Below, one piece after another: positions 38,440-52,181 of a stretch of 64,000 bases of DNA (within the stretch, counting starts at the first letter, position 1; each line of letters begins with the position of its first letter). The notes beneath the pieces are model-generated. The model had not been told where the DNA came from and searched no databases. It was given only the letters and a program-made list of their open reading frames with translations. Made by a program: the position numbers and the translations under genes. The stretch spans positions 25,792,001 through 25,856,000 of the forward strand of contig CM114271.1 of NCBI GenBank assembly GCA_050084515.1, given 5' to 3'. The DNA comes from Blasia pusilla (taxonomy: Eukaryota).

Positions 38440-39330
38440 ATTTTACTTATAGTATTATGTGACTACAGTTTATACGTTTGCTTCAAGGAATCTAGAGTTG
38501 TCATTAAGGATGCCAATGGGAAAGTAGTGGATGAAGATATCTAACATGGAAATGTCTATGATTTGTAGGCTTTCGCAACAAGTGTTGGAATAGATCTTAG
38601 TACTAGTAAGTTATGGCATAAGAGATTTGGTCATTTAAGCTTTCATCTACTCGGTCATATGCATAAATCTCGCATGGTTGATGATTTACTAACAAATTTT
38701 GGAGTGTCAGATATATATGAAGCTTGCATGATGGGCGAGCAACACCAATAAGCATTCCCACAAGAGTCAAGCAATGGAGCAAAGGCTACTCCAGAGTTGA
38801 TCCAGTTTGACCTATGAGGTTAAAATACAAACTATGGCATTAGGTGGTTTTTCCTACTTTCTTTTAGTGATCAACTATTATAATAGAAAGACGTGGGTAT
38901 ATTTCCTTTGGAATAAGGCAAATAATTTTGGAAAATTTAAGATATGACACAATCTGGTCGAGAATGAGGCAAGAAAGAAGGTACAAAACTTTGCATTGAT
39001 TGAGGAGGCTAATTCTTATAAAAAAAAATCAAAAAAATTAGGAAGAGCATGCCATGAAATGAAACAACTATTAATCATCACACATACCTACAAAAGATGG
39101 ATTTGTTCACTATTGGGCATTGAAACTATACAATGATGGAGATTGCAAGGCATATGCTGAAAGCAAAAGGTTAAAAAAAAACTCTTTTGGGCTAAAGCTA
39201 TTAATATTAATGTTTACATTTTGAATAGAAGTGTTATTGAGTGAGCGCAAGGCATGACTTCTCATCAAACATACTCATGTAAGGTACCATCAATCCAACA
39301 CTTATGGACCTTTAGTAGCAAATGTTTTTA
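38440..39330 (+). mobile_element. Ty1/Copia GAG-pre-integrase and integrase remnant
   Basis: LWHKRFGHLS, EACMMGEQH, KTWVYFL and FWAKA; many stops; opposite orientation to the neighbouring RT remnant. Confidence 0.75.
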
Positions 39331-40413
39331 AAAGATTTGATGCATTAAGGACCAAACTTGAGTCCAAGAAGATTCATGATATGGTGTTCAAGGGACAATC
39401 TCTTTAAGTGGCAAACATCAATGGTCCATTTAATGGGACATTATCCTCAAACAAGGAGATAACCAACGAGAACACATCAACTAGACTTTGTTGGCATTCC
39501 GAGTGATGCGGACGTAGATTTCCGAATCGATCAGGAAAGCCTTCAAAACACCTACAAGGGTTTTTCATCATCACAGCTCCACATGAAATCTTCTACCACT
39601 GAGCTTTGACTAAAATTTCCTTAGCCCAAAGTGAAAATTTTCCTCCTCTTGCCTCTCTTTTCTCCTAAAACACCAAGAATTACACTTATGCTTATTAATT
39701 GCATATTATTGGATCTTATTCCTTGCTGCCATCTCAACCACTCCTAGTAGTTTTTTTTTTCCATCATGAGTGTAAATATTTTCTTGCATGTAGGGTCTAT
39801 GCGTTGCATGTTAGGCACCAATGTTTTACCACCATGTCAACTTCTACATGGAGATCAAACTGATTGAGAAGACCTCCATCAAATAATGTTGTTCTCCCAA
39901 AAAAATATTTTCCATAATATCTTGCCCAATAATGAATAGCTATCCTCTTACCCCTGATATTCAAAGTCTGAATTCATGAAGAACAATAGCCATTACAACA
40001 ACAACTTATGGGAAAATAAAAATTCTGAACTCTTCTTAATCCAAAGATGGGAACTAAAATGTACTCACATAAACTTAGGAGGTCCGAATTTTTATTTATC
40101 ACTTAATGAATGTATATTATTATTGGTATTTGGTATTATCTCAAAATGTCTATGGATGATAAAACTCGTATTTTCTAATTTTAATCATGAAAACTTACTG
40201 ATGTATCCTTTTGTAATTAAAAAATTCTTCATATCGTCTTTAGATTAAATCATTCTTTTTACTTAATGAACATATTTTTAATTGTGCATTAAATTAGTCA
40301 TCACTAAAGGTACTAGGTTTAGAGAGATGAAGATTGTCCGATGATTAATCGAACCTCTTCAGGTACCCATAGATAGAAGGGATCTTCAGATATAGCAAAG
40401 CAGACACTCATAC

Positions 40414-40628
40414 CAGGGTTCGGGGAGTTTTTTCGCGGGACACGGTCCATCGCCAGGAATGTCCAATCGGAAACGGTAATTCCGGATTTTGAACCGGTTT
40501 TCAGATACAAAATACAAAGGACCTACTCGAATTCCAGCCGGTTTTCGTAGGAAACTTTTAAATCAATCGGAAATTCCCAAATTTAACCGGCTAGCAATAC
40601 TCGTAACCCTGGATCTCCCTGATCATTG
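40414..40628 (+). mobile_element. hAT-like MITE, copy 2
   Basis: Imperfect TIR CAGGGTTCGGGGAG / CTCCCTGATCATTG; perfect 8-bp TSD ACTCATAC at 40406-40413 and 40629-40636. Confidence 0.8.
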
Positions 40629-43011
40629 ACTCATACAGACGGTGAGAAAGTCTACGTCCTTCCAATACAAGAAATAAACAAAGTTACTTCCTTTAATTCG
40701 GTTTCCGTTATAATCAGGAGTTATTACCAAATCATGAAAATAATAGTTAATGCATTTAGTTAGTTCAAACGCGTTTTGGAATGTTTCATGATTAGAAAAT
40801 TGTATTAATAGGGTTCCAAAGCATGTGGGTACGTTGACCCATGTGGAACTTTTATTAGCTCTATTCTAGTTATAATCAAAGTTTCCATGGAATTTTTCAG
40901 CAAAGAAAAAGTGGGTGAGAAAAATAAATAAAATACGGGTTTGCTAAGAAGCGTCATGAAGCAGAGAAGAAAAGAAAATAGTGGAAATATTATAATTGTG
41001 TTCTTATTGTTATTGGATATTTTAAAAACATGTCTAGGTGAAATTCTTTTGGATATGTTGAAGAGATATTTCAGAATTTTATGGTGTTTATCAAGATCAC
41101 AGAAATAGAAAATAGAGATGGTATATATGTATTTATAGTAACACAAATGTTTGAATTTACAATATGCAAGGTTTGAGAAAGGTGCCAAAATTGGAGACGA
41201 ACTTAATCTTTGGTTCTCATACTTAAAAGTGGAGGACTTGGCCCCTTTATGGTTGTGAATGAAGAAGTGAAAATATTCCGTGGCATGGTGGTGAAATGAT
41301 GATTCTGTTTTGACATCATTTTTCCAGTAAGACCATGCAACAACATTCCAATATTCTAAATTGAAATGGAGGAGCTTAATTTTATGGCATTAATTTTGTT
41401 GTGTCTCTAGTATAAAAGCCCGCTAATAAATTGCCAATGCATGGTCAATTCAATTTAATAAACCTAAATATTTGAACCTTAGGTGAAATTTAAGATGAAA
41501 TGTGTCATACCCTGATAGGGTTGAAATTACAAATGAGATCCTCCCCGAATGGTACATAAGTTTTAATATAAGATCCCGATGCCCTCATAAAAAAAGTCAG
41601 ATTGTAAAACACATTAAATGAGAGATATGGTTCACGAATATAAGTTTGTTGGTTTCATGAATCCGTATGTTTCATTCGAACACCATCTAGAATCCATATC
41701 TTACAATTCAGTTTATGGACATGCAAATCCATCACAAATGTGGCGCCACGAATTTTGTCTTACTGCTATGACAAGTACACTCGAAATATTCACAAAAAAT
41801 ACCCCTAAACTGATATTTTGGAAAGCTTTTTCAAGGAAAGCCAAGTTCTAGGACCTAGCATGGATTAAAATTCCAAGCGTGTCTCATTTCCACAATGCTA
41901 TCTTCTGCTAGATGCTTAGCCGAGAGTTGATGTGGCACTCTCAAAGAGCTTTGCAAAGATTTTGATCTTGTGAAACAGCAAGGAAGCTATACGCAAATTC
42001 AACCCTATAAATAGAGCAACAGAAAAGCAATAATCAAACTTGAATTTATGTATCAAGTGATTTTACACATGAAAAGAAATGAAAAGAATACAAAATTAGT
42101 GCATTTAGAGTCGATGTCATTCGCACTTCTATATCTTCCACTTTGAGCATTATTCTTTCATGCAAATATTCATCATTTTTCAGCTCAAATAATGTGGGGC
42201 AAGTGCTTACAGCTCACGCATGATGCAGCCGTGAAGAAACCACCAAACTAAGCGATAATCTCCCTGAGAGAGCCCTCACAGCGGAGAGGTGCAAGCATAC
42301 GTTTCAATTCTACTGATGTGACAGTATGCTCATCTACTAACCGTTTCATAATGTTTAGCAGTCATTTAAGATTTGCAGGAAAAAGACAATGCTGCATGCA
42401 ACATTCACCGAAATTTCAATTTTCCAACTCATCAGCCCTTGATAAACAATTCACCCCAGGAAGCGTCATAAAGAGCCCTCAATCTAACCAGTTGAATGGT
42501 ACTGTCACACAAAAATGAGAATTCAGAGTCAAAGAAGAACAAACAAATCTGTTGTCAGAGTTCTACAGATGCAAAAAAATATTCATCCAGTCACTGTTTG
42601 ATAGCACTCTTATCCCAAGAAGAAAATCTTTCAACCATATCGTTTGCATACATTCATTTGAAACTGTGCCCCTCTACCCATCACCTCTTCATAATCAGTC
42701 GATGTGAGGACATGTCACACAGGAATCTACAATTCAAGCACGAAAAAACGTCCCACAGCACACAAAAGTGTTATGCAATGCATCGATACAAAGCCTTGAA
42801 AAAGTAGTTCCAGCATGAGCATCAGAAATGACTGGGTAGAAGATGCTCTAAAGAAAGAATCATGACCTCTGCTATGAGAGGAAAAAATAAATAAGAATCT
42901 GACATTGTCCTATCATATAATACATCTGATATTTGACACTATCTGATTCGTCTCACCTAGTAGACAGACATAGATCGATTGATGTGAAAGGAGCACTAAC
43001 TGATAAGTTAT

Positions 43012-46000
43012 TTACTTTGACAACCAGTACAGGAGTATGAGTATTGTACACACAAATGTTACAGTCCCTAAGATAATGTTGTCCAGTGATTTTTTGCGTC
43101 TAATATCCGTCAAAATATTATTTATCTGCAAAACACCAGCAGACTATTAATGAGCAGGCCACTCTAGCACTTGTCAAATAATATACACTTGTACACCGTC
43201 ATAAAGCATCAGATTGGCATAAGACATTCTGTGACTTCGCACTTACTGATGGTAAACTAGCTCCCATGACACCAAGTTTATGGCTGACGTCTCCGAGGGT
43301 GGAACGTTGAATAGTCAATCCACTTAAAGTTGCCTGGACGTGTGCAATAAGTGAATCCATCTGCACATCACACCACATTTCAGTCACAAACAGAGGAATC
43401 CCTTCCCATAATGAGAGTTTTGTAGACATATGCTCCTAGTGGCTTTGGGAAGTTTCCCAGCACCTGTCCATTACTCCTGCTGATAGCTGCTTGCTCTCGT
43501 AGTAGTGCTTGTTCCGAAGAGCCCAGACCATTCTCAATGTCATTTTTCTTATTTGTGGGTCCGCTGAAGGTCTCAAGTAGCTTTGCATGTTCCCGATTGA
43601 CTTTAGCCCTGCCATTGATTCGAGCATACTCCTGCATTGCCATATAAAGGCATGATTAATCTTTCCACACATACTATGAGTATCGTCATTGTTCGGTTAT
43701 TAGTGAGCAAAGCCTATCTATGCCAAAAGTTACAGTAAGAGTCTACCATAGCTTTTCCAATTCAATTGCTTCAACCACTTTCCTCAGTAAATGAACAACA
43801 GAACTACTAACTAGATTCAAACCATGCATTCAAACATCCTAGCTGTGTAGATGTTGAATACTACCCCTTGAGTTGATGAATCAGCTGGAAATGTCCTATT
43901 GCCAACTGCCAACAGTTTCTTTGAATTTCAATCGCATACTTGGAAGATATTGTACGGTCCTTTCTTTATCCACCATTCAACATAGAGTAAAAACTTTTAC
44001 ACACAGTGGTAAAGCCAAAACTTCTTTGGAGGGGAAGTCGTTGTCTCTTACTTGAGTCAACTCTTGAAGAATGTCTTTATGCCGAGCCAGGGTGTGAGAG
44101 AGAACATGTGAGGCACCACTTGATACCCATTCTTGCATTTGAGTGTTCACTTGTCGCAAGTCTTGTAGAAGCTGCTTTATTTGTGCATCAGTCACACCCT
44201 CTGGATCTTCAGGTCCACTTGCGATTTTGCGGTAAGCAATCAACTTGTCATCCAACTCACTCTCTATTTTACGAGCCTGCACAGAAGTCATAGTTTACTT
44301 TCAGACTAACAAACTACAACTCCGACAGTCTCTCCTCAAATCTAAAGCAGTCAAAGATGTGAAAAAGAAGCAAAAGAGCATCTCCATGGTCTCAGCTTTC
44401 CAAAAGTTGGCTGGCTTGCAGGATGCAGGACAATGCCTAAGTCCTTGAGAATGAAAATCAGCAGATCAGATGAGGTAAGTTATTATAATCAATCAGAATC
44501 TCTTGTTATAATCTCAGGAAGCGTCATCTCTTGTTATAGATCAAATAGAATTGGAGTTGACATTTGCAGCCAGGTGACTATGAAAATCGGCTAGGTTTTG
44601 CTCGAGACACCACCATTGTCAAGGAACATTCCTTTTGGAACTTCAGATGGTGCAAACAAGTTGCTACTACGATTTCACATCTCCTAGATCTTGTCTGGAA
44701 AATAAAATGCTAAGATGAAAGAATTGCTATGTAGAAATGTTTCACACTTCAACTCTGTATAGAAATGCTCTTTACTAAAAAAGAGATATTCGCTGGAACT
44801 ACGGTCAGTCATTCGGTAATAGATGTCCTGCCATAGGGCAGTTCACAGAAGGTCTGGTTTGTCCAAGTTTTGACATAAATTAATGCGACCTATGCTACAC
44901 TGCAAGGGAGTCATTCTAACCAGACTTGAAGACCACTTCATATCCAAGACCAGGACGACAATGGCAGACAATATGAAGGCAGAAAATCGATACACGGTGA
45001 CGGATGAACTACCTACGCTGGATGGTAAATCTATTAGCTTACGAGGTCCAAAGGATTTTCTTTTCTCTCCATCGCCCGTACTAACTTCGTTGACGTAATG
45101 CTACGTTACGTGTACATCCTTGTTTGAGGTCCAATTCCCCATCTCTTCATCGGGAGAAGTACGGCATTTTAAAAAATAGGCAAGAAAAACCGCGAAGACT
45201 GAAAGCACGTTTAAGGGGCACTAGGACCACGCGCTACAGAATGGAAAACATTAATTTTGTTTTTTTTTAAGAAACATTTTTCCAAGGGATTTACAAGAGC
45301 AAAGATTGCTTAAATTGATAAGCCCTTCCATGGATCATGTATGTGACGATTGTGAGACTAAAGATGGAAGTTCGTCTCTGTCCAACACAACACGAGGTAA
45401 AGTTTTCTACAGATCTACAATTCGGAGATACAAGAGACTACCAACGGGAACAAACAGAATTGGTTGCACGACCTACACATCAAAATGTTCGCCATCATAA
45501 CAGAGATCTGCGCGGGTCTCCACAACGATGGTCCCAAATTCAATGTAATAGACGTCGGTGGCGAGATCAAGACTCCAAATAAAAGAACCGATTTGGAGTC
45601 TTGATCTCGCCACCGACGTTTAAGGGGCACTAGGACCATGCGCTACAGAATGGAAAACATTAATTTTGTTTTTTTTTAAGAAACATTTTTCCAAGGGATT
45701 TACAAGAGAAAAGATTGCTTAAATTGATAAGCCCTTCCATGGATCATGTATGTGACGATTGTGAGACTAAAGATGGAAGTTCGTCTCTGTCCAACACAAC
45801 ACGAGGTAAAGTGTTCTACAGATCTACAATTCGGAGATACAAGAGACTACCAACGGGAACAAACAGAATTGGTTGCACGACCTACACATCAAAATGTTCG
45901 CCATCATAACAGAGATCTGCGCGGGTCTCCACAACGATGGTCCCAAATTCAATGTAATAGACGTCGGTGGCGAGATCAAGACTCCAAATAAAAGAACCGA

Positions 46001-46103
46001 TTTGTTAAATTCATGTAATTCAGATTCCAAGGCATACCTTCTTCCGTAGATTATCCCACGCATTAGTTTCGCTTTCTTCCGGCCACAAATTCCCAACCGC
46101 CAT
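43012..46103 (-). CDS. GOS11: Golgi SNAP receptor (Qb-SNARE) GOS11. Exons 46103-46038, 44276-44052, 43631-43464, 43360-43247, 43125-43012
   Basis: WDNLRKK|ARKIESELD, SHTLARHKDILQELTQE, REHAKLL, LLREQAAI, QRSTLG, INNILTDIRRKKSLDNIILG and C-terminal TM segment ending YWLSK*. Confidence 0.93.
45207..46004. repeat. Near-identical tandem duplication (389-bp copies, period 409) in GOS11 intron 1, with a perfect 29-bp hairpin at the junction
   Basis: Copies at 45207-45595 and 45616-46004; arms 45552-45580 and 45591-45619 are exact reverse complements. Confidence 0.95.
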
Positions 46104-47492
46104 CGCTACGAACTCCTGTTCCTCCCTACTCGACTTCTCCTTGCAATTCCTCAATCCACCTGTACGTGTCTCCCCTTTTCCAGAGAAAAAAACGAAATTG
46201 TGCCTCGATCTTTCCAACTTGAGAAACAATTGACGCCTCTAAGGCACTTCAAGCTGTCCAGATAGAACGGATAAGAATTAATAGCAAATCACCCCCGCCT
46301 CTTTTCATTTCCCCCGATCCGCGTGTTCGGTTTGCGATCCATAATCCGGATCTTCCGTTCCACCCTGAGCAGCCCCTCGCTCGGATGGCTGGCATGTAAA
46401 TATCACATCAATTCTGCAAGTCCGCGCAGGGAATCGAAGCGAACTTTCCTCCCCTCGCGTCTCTCTTCATCGCAACAATAATGTCTCTCACCCGCAGGGA
46501 GGGGAAGCCTCTACGCCACCTCGTTGACCACGAAAGCGAAAATCGCAGCAGTCTGCCGGGGACTACCGGATACACCTTTAAATTAAAGTAAACCCCGCGG
46601 AAAACTTAAGTAAGCACCTTAAGGGCGACGTTCTTCTTCTACTGGATGGAACGTTTACTGAACAGCGGCGCGCTGGGTTGTTCTGCCGCGAACGTTCTTG
46701 TATCAAAAGAAGCATTCAAACTCACCTCACAAGCGATCATTCTTGTTCTTCTACGCTGGATGCCGCCACGGAATTCCGTCTCACCGACATCCACCGATCA
46801 GCTACAGGAGTAGACAGGAGACCATCCTCGCTACCTTTCCGTCCACGTGGTCCGTGATATGTGTGCTCTTGGTTTTCCACACGATCCTGTCAAGTCCTCT
46901 TCCTTCTCCACTGACTGCTCTGGTTGATGGTCTCTGGGACGCTTCCATCAGGGATCCGGGTCCAGGGAGGTGTATAGAATGTTGTGCGCTTTGGTTAAGG
47001 CGAGCAGGGATCGGATGGAGAGGTGGATTGATTAATTGAATAACAAAAGGTTTTGTCTGTTTATGGTGATTGAATGAATACTGTTCGAGGATGAGTGGCA
47101 GGCAGAGTCATGAAGGGGTTGTTGTGTTAGCAGGGAGAAGCAGAAGTTTGGTTGGAAATTTTGTTTACTAGGAAGGAAACGTTTGCAGCAGTTGGAAACA
47201 GGTGGGAGGAGGAATCGAGGGGTTGGACATAGCGCGGAGAAAGGTCCGACAGCTGAGTTTCAGGCCTGATTATGGCCAGCGGTGGAGTCACTCAACTGTT
47301 GACGCGGGCGTGGAGTTTGGGCAGGGATTCTGGATTATTGACGATAGAGATTGACGTTGTAGATGCTTACTGACGCGCTTGAAGCGCATAATTAAGGTGT
47401 TTGGGGGAGTCTGATCCTTCCGGTCCCACTTCGCGGATGATCTAGTGTGTATTCTGTCTGATTTCTGGTACAAGATCGCAGGGTGTGCTGAA

Positions 47493-49996
47493 ATGGAAAA
47501 ACAAGTTCGGGATGCTGTGGACGTTCAAGGTGAGGTCTCCACGCAACGAAGGAGGGTAGATCCTGTTCGCGATCTCCTCATGGGTTTCCGCACCAACCTT
47601 CCATGCATTTGGGCACTCCTACGATAATTGCGTCATGAATACATGGAGATTTTGTAGAATTTACTGATAGCGAACAGCTGGACCGTGATTTCATATTCTA
47701 CCATGACACAAAGTTTGGATCGCTGCCACGTTTTTAGTGATCTAGTCCTATGAGCCGAAAATTGAGATGGAGTACTAATTAGATGAATTGAAACGTACGA
47801 ACTTTCAAAATTGAATTACTCACCGAGTGCTAATGCTTGTTGTAAATTACAGGAGAGAGGAGGAAATCATCGAGAAAGTGCAGAACATTAGTGAGCTTAT
47901 GCGTCGGGAGTTTGGGACGTCACTTGGAAGATATTATTGAAGACGTTCACTTGTTTGCTCCCGCTTGCCCGCCTTCTGTCAAGGTGCTCATTTGTAAAGC
48001 CCTACCCGAAGGTTTCAAACTCAAGCCTACTTGGTCAGTATCGTGCCATTAGCAAGTGCATCTTGCTATAAAGATGAGCTCCCGCTTTTCAAACAACGGA
48101 CACTTTAACGGTCTTCAGTGAAGCCGGTTGTATGGCTTTGATTCCTTCTTGACTTAGACCTTGGGAATGAATGAATCATGTAATCCCAGTGATCTCTGGA
48201 AGACTCAGGCCGGATCATGTCCTTGACCGGTAAGCACGATGCTCATTTGGAGCTGCGAATTATGATATGGGAGTGTTAGCTGAAGCAATGCCTGGCTTCC
48301 GAGTGTAAACGTAGCAATCCATGTTGGTAAGAAAGTTAACCTACAAGGATAAGTATGAACTAATAAGTGGCTCATCTTTTTTGTCTCGTGTTTGAAGGCG
48401 TCTCTTCTCGCAATTGCTCGCAGAAGGGATTTACTTTGTGACGAACTACTGGTTGCACTTGCTGATGAGACTTGGGAGATATTAGATGTATCAGGATCTG
48501 ACATCACCGATTCCAGCATCCAGACAGTGGCAAAAATGTGCTCTCGTCTTCAAGCTATTGATATAAGGTGTAGATTTTATCACTTCAGGGCGTAATACCG
48601 AATATTTAATGTCAGCCAAGAATTTCCATTGTTATTTTGAGGTGTTTCGTTCCGTCACAATGACAATGCATATTACAGCGTACTGCTTATTATTCTATCA
48701 TGATATCTATCTTTCTATTCAAAGAATCTGACATGAATTTGTGTGACAGTCGATGTAGTCACCTGACACCACAATCCGTGCACGTTTTGGTCCAGCACAG
48801 CCCAGCGCTTCACACTATTCGCTGGGGGTATGGATAACCTCCTTAGTATGAATTTGCTGTGTTCGTCTTTGAATCATAATATGACTTTAGGTTTGTTCTA
48901 TCTAGTACTCACTTGTAAATCTCATCAGTTCAAGCACTTGGGAGTTTTCCCCTTTTCTCAGAGGTTAGCACATATGAACAGGTCAATAGTCTTCTAATAC
49001 ATGCATTAGTTTAGCTTGCTGACGTGAGGTGCATGAACTTCATTTATGCGTTAGCAGCTTATTTTGAATTTATATTCACCGGATCTGCCATAACTGCATG
49101 CAGGGGAACACCAATGAGCAACACAACTGCCAGGTTGGCGCTAAGCTACATTTTACCCAAGCTTAATGTAAATGACGAAGCTGAAGACAGTTGGGAAGAG
49201 CTTGACATAGAGCAGGTTGGAAAGGGTGCCCAGGCCTTGAGATGGCTTGTCTGGGTGAGCTTTCTTTGAGTTCTTGCCATGCTGCCGAAGCTTTCTCCTC
49301 CCTCATGTGTGTTGATTTGGCATTTAATAGAGTCTGTTCCTCCAATTTCGTCACTGGATTCCAAATTGTTCTTAGACAGATACACAGGTTTATTTGTTTG
49401 CCTATCACTGAAGTGTGAACCTGGTGTTTTGAGAAGATTTTGGTGTGTCATTAGCCTGGGAGTTGCTCGCCATGTAGTTGGTTGCAATGTATTGGGCTTG
49501 GCATAAGCACTTCTAAATGCGTGGTATACTTACTCAGTGCTGCTAACTTCTAGCTGTTGTTACTGTTATGCAGCCTTCCATAGATGGGAGATCCAGTAAC
49601 CTTCTTGAGACAGAGTGTCCTCGTGTGGTGGTGAATCCCAAACCTTTCTCGAAAGGTTTCCAACATTTGTCTGTACCTTGGGAGGCTTTTCCAGAAACAG
49701 TGTTGGATGCAGCTTTAATTGAAGATATTGAGCCTGATATATGGTCAAAAAAGTTGTTGAAGTCCAGAATTGTTTCTGGAAGAATTGCAGACGATGACGC
49801 TCCAATTCTTTCTGTAGCTGAGCGATTCAAACTTGCTTTTATTGCTAGGGATGAGAGACTTGCCCCAAAAAGAGCAAAGAACACAAGGCAAAATCAGCGC
49901 CGCGCTGAAAAAGCTTGGCTTAATTCTGACACTGATGCTAAGGCCAGAGCATGGGCAGGGGTTGCCAGAAAGTCTTTGAAGGGGCTAGAAGGTTGA
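47493..49996 (+). CDS. RNI-like (LRR) superfamily protein. Exons 47493-47529, 47853-47983, 48398-48567, 48750-48827, 49104-49254, 49574-49996
   Basis: LVSLCVGSLGRHLEDII, AIARRRDLL, WEILDVSGSDITD, AIDISRC, DSWEELD, ALRWLVWP, ECPRVVVNPK and AERFKLAF...RLAPKRAKN; GT-AG exons in frame; first exon less certain. Confidence 0.85.
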
Positions 49997-51697
49997 CACG
50001 AGAGTGAACAGATGGAAGAAAATTGCTTCTGTTCGGAGAAAGTAGTTGGCTTGGGCTTGGACAAAGTCTCGGAAGAGCCACATGTACAAATGCAAACATG
50101 AATTTGAGTATCTATTGAAGGTTGAGTCTCCAGGTAAGTGAGGCAAATTCTTCATGCCGTACTTTCTCAACTTTTGTATCCATCCTGCAATTCCATGGAG
50201 GCTGAAAGGTCGTGGAGCTGTGAGAAGTATTTCTTCTCGTGCTTCAGTTGTAATTGTAGGCAAGTGACCCCGTCCACATAGAAAGTAAGTCGTGATCAAA
50301 GTTGATTCAGGTTATGCTTGGGCAGATACGGAAAGGCTCATCAGCATCTACTGCAAGTGCTCTGGTGCAGTTCAAGTTACGATTGGGTAGAAACAGCAGA
50401 ACTTCACTTGAAATTGTGCTGCACATATGGCTTTTTTATGAAGATTTCCAATGACGACACTTAATTAGAGGCTAGTAGTGGCTTGGGATTCTTGCCTTAT
50501 GTCGATTCTTCAGTATGAGGTTTGGGAGAGCTAAATTTGTCTTGTTTGTGAATTGCTGCAGCTTCAGTTGAATTCTTTATATCTGAAGAGTCCACGCAAT
50601 CCACGCAATAACTGTGGTATTTCTATCGGAAGTGTACCAAAATCTGCTTTTAGGTACAGGAGCTCATAAAATTCATACTAGCCCACAGGTGGTTAGACTT
50701 CAGGTTATGCTCAAGGAGAAACCCAGTTTCAATTAGGTTGAGTTAGAGGGAGGTGTCTATAGTTTAGGATATTGTGAGTCTGAAGGGTCCCATGTATGTA
50801 TCTTCTTATTCACTAGTGCATTGTTTAGAGACCATCTGCAAAACAAAGCCTTGGTTTTCCAGGACTATGTTCTCCTTTCTCCCTACAATCTGTCAAATTG
50901 GCTGGTGTTACTACAGCAGAGGTCTTCAAATGCCGAGTTGCTGTTCAAAGTCCCATCTTCCTCACCCTGATTCTACTCAGACATAGTTTCTTCGTACTTC
51001 TACTGCAAACAAGCACAAGGTGGACCTGTAGTCATGGGTTTTGCTGTTGGATTGCTGATGGAGGGCTATGTGGTTGTAGTTACTGTCTTATGAGATATAT
51101 AGAAACTAAAAGAAATTCGGCAGTGAAGGCTTGAAGCAGAAAGCAGTCTTACTTGCTTTATTGGTGTTTTTTCTTCTCTGGCCAGATACAATGGGTTTAG
51201 AAAATTGCTTTGCTTCCAATTTTGTCCCTATATTTTTGCGTCTACCTATCTTGGCATTAATTTAGAACGGCCATCCTTGGCAGTTGTGAGGTTGTGGCTC
51301 ATGAGATACGTTCCCCTCTTGATATTTATCTAGATTGGAGAATGATTCAAATGGATATGGCTAATGAATTCAATATAGTTTCTTATGTGGCCATATTCAA
51401 GGAGTTCCGTTTTTTTTATAGGACGACAAATTACGAGTCTTCATTTCTCCTTTGCTACTATGTCCATTATCTATTATGAGCATGCTATTTCCAAAACACA
51501 AAATATTCTCCAATGGGCATGTGGCACACATTAAGACGATTACATGAATATCCCACATTTTGCCATTGCACATTTATGTGCCTTTCGCGTATTAGGAAAA
51601 ACGCTTCCATCCTATGCTTTGTCTTCTACTGTTGATTACATCCACATTATAGCTCCTCCTTCTAAAGTGGTCTCTACTTATATTTACTTTTTGGAGC

Positions 51698-51735
<38 letters not shown>

Positions 51736-51738
<3 letters not shown>

Positions 51739-51959
51739 GGATCCCAATCAGGTAAAGTAGATTGTGTGGTGAAGAGTTTCTTGGTTGACCCTTGGAAGCT
51801 CCGCACAAACACGTTGTTTGGTCAGCACTCACACTATATGAGAGTGTCTCCCTCCTCTCATATGGTACCTTCTTCACTTGCTTCTCTCTCTACACCCATC
51901 CCAGTGCGCGGGGTCTATGGTCGCAAGGCTACGACAGGCACAACTTAATGAGTACAGTT
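51736..51959 (+). mobile_element. 5'-truncated 3'-UTR-only copy of the RTE-X-like LINE, inserted in (CT)n
   Basis: Matches 54384-54625 apart from a small internal deletion; flanked by (CT)n on both sides. Confidence 0.88.
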
Positions 51960-51977
51960 TCTCTCTCTCTCTCTCTT

Positions 51978-52096
51978 TGATGCGATCATACCAGGGTTAC
52001 TACACCAGATCCCATTAGAACTCTGCAGTTAAGCGCCCTTGGGCCGGAATAGTACTGGGATGGGTGACCTCTCGGGAAGTCCCGGTGCTGCATCCA
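51978..52096 (+). rRNA. Full-length 5S rRNA-derived sequence (head of a SINE3-like element; probably not a canonical rDNA unit)
   Basis: GATGCGATCATACCAG...AGTTAAGCGCCCTTGGG (box A)...AGTACTGGGATGGGTGACC (IE/box C)...CCGGTGCTGCATCCA, 119 nt; no oligo-T terminator directly downstream. Confidence 0.9.
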
Positions 52097-52181
52097 AGCA
52101 AGCCTTTGTCTCAAGCACCGTCCAACCAGGGCGCGGGGTCTATGGTCGCAAGGCTACGATAGGCACTACTTAATGAGTACA

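Noticed and set aside
45306-45991. Pairs of identical 64-aa and near-identical 81-aa ORFs
   Set aside because: By-products of the intronic tandem duplication, antisense to GOS11; no coding signature.
51978-52096. Functional 5S rDNA array unit
   Set aside because: Single copy, no oligo-T terminator, fused to a LINE tail and embedded in (CT)n; better explained as retroposed.
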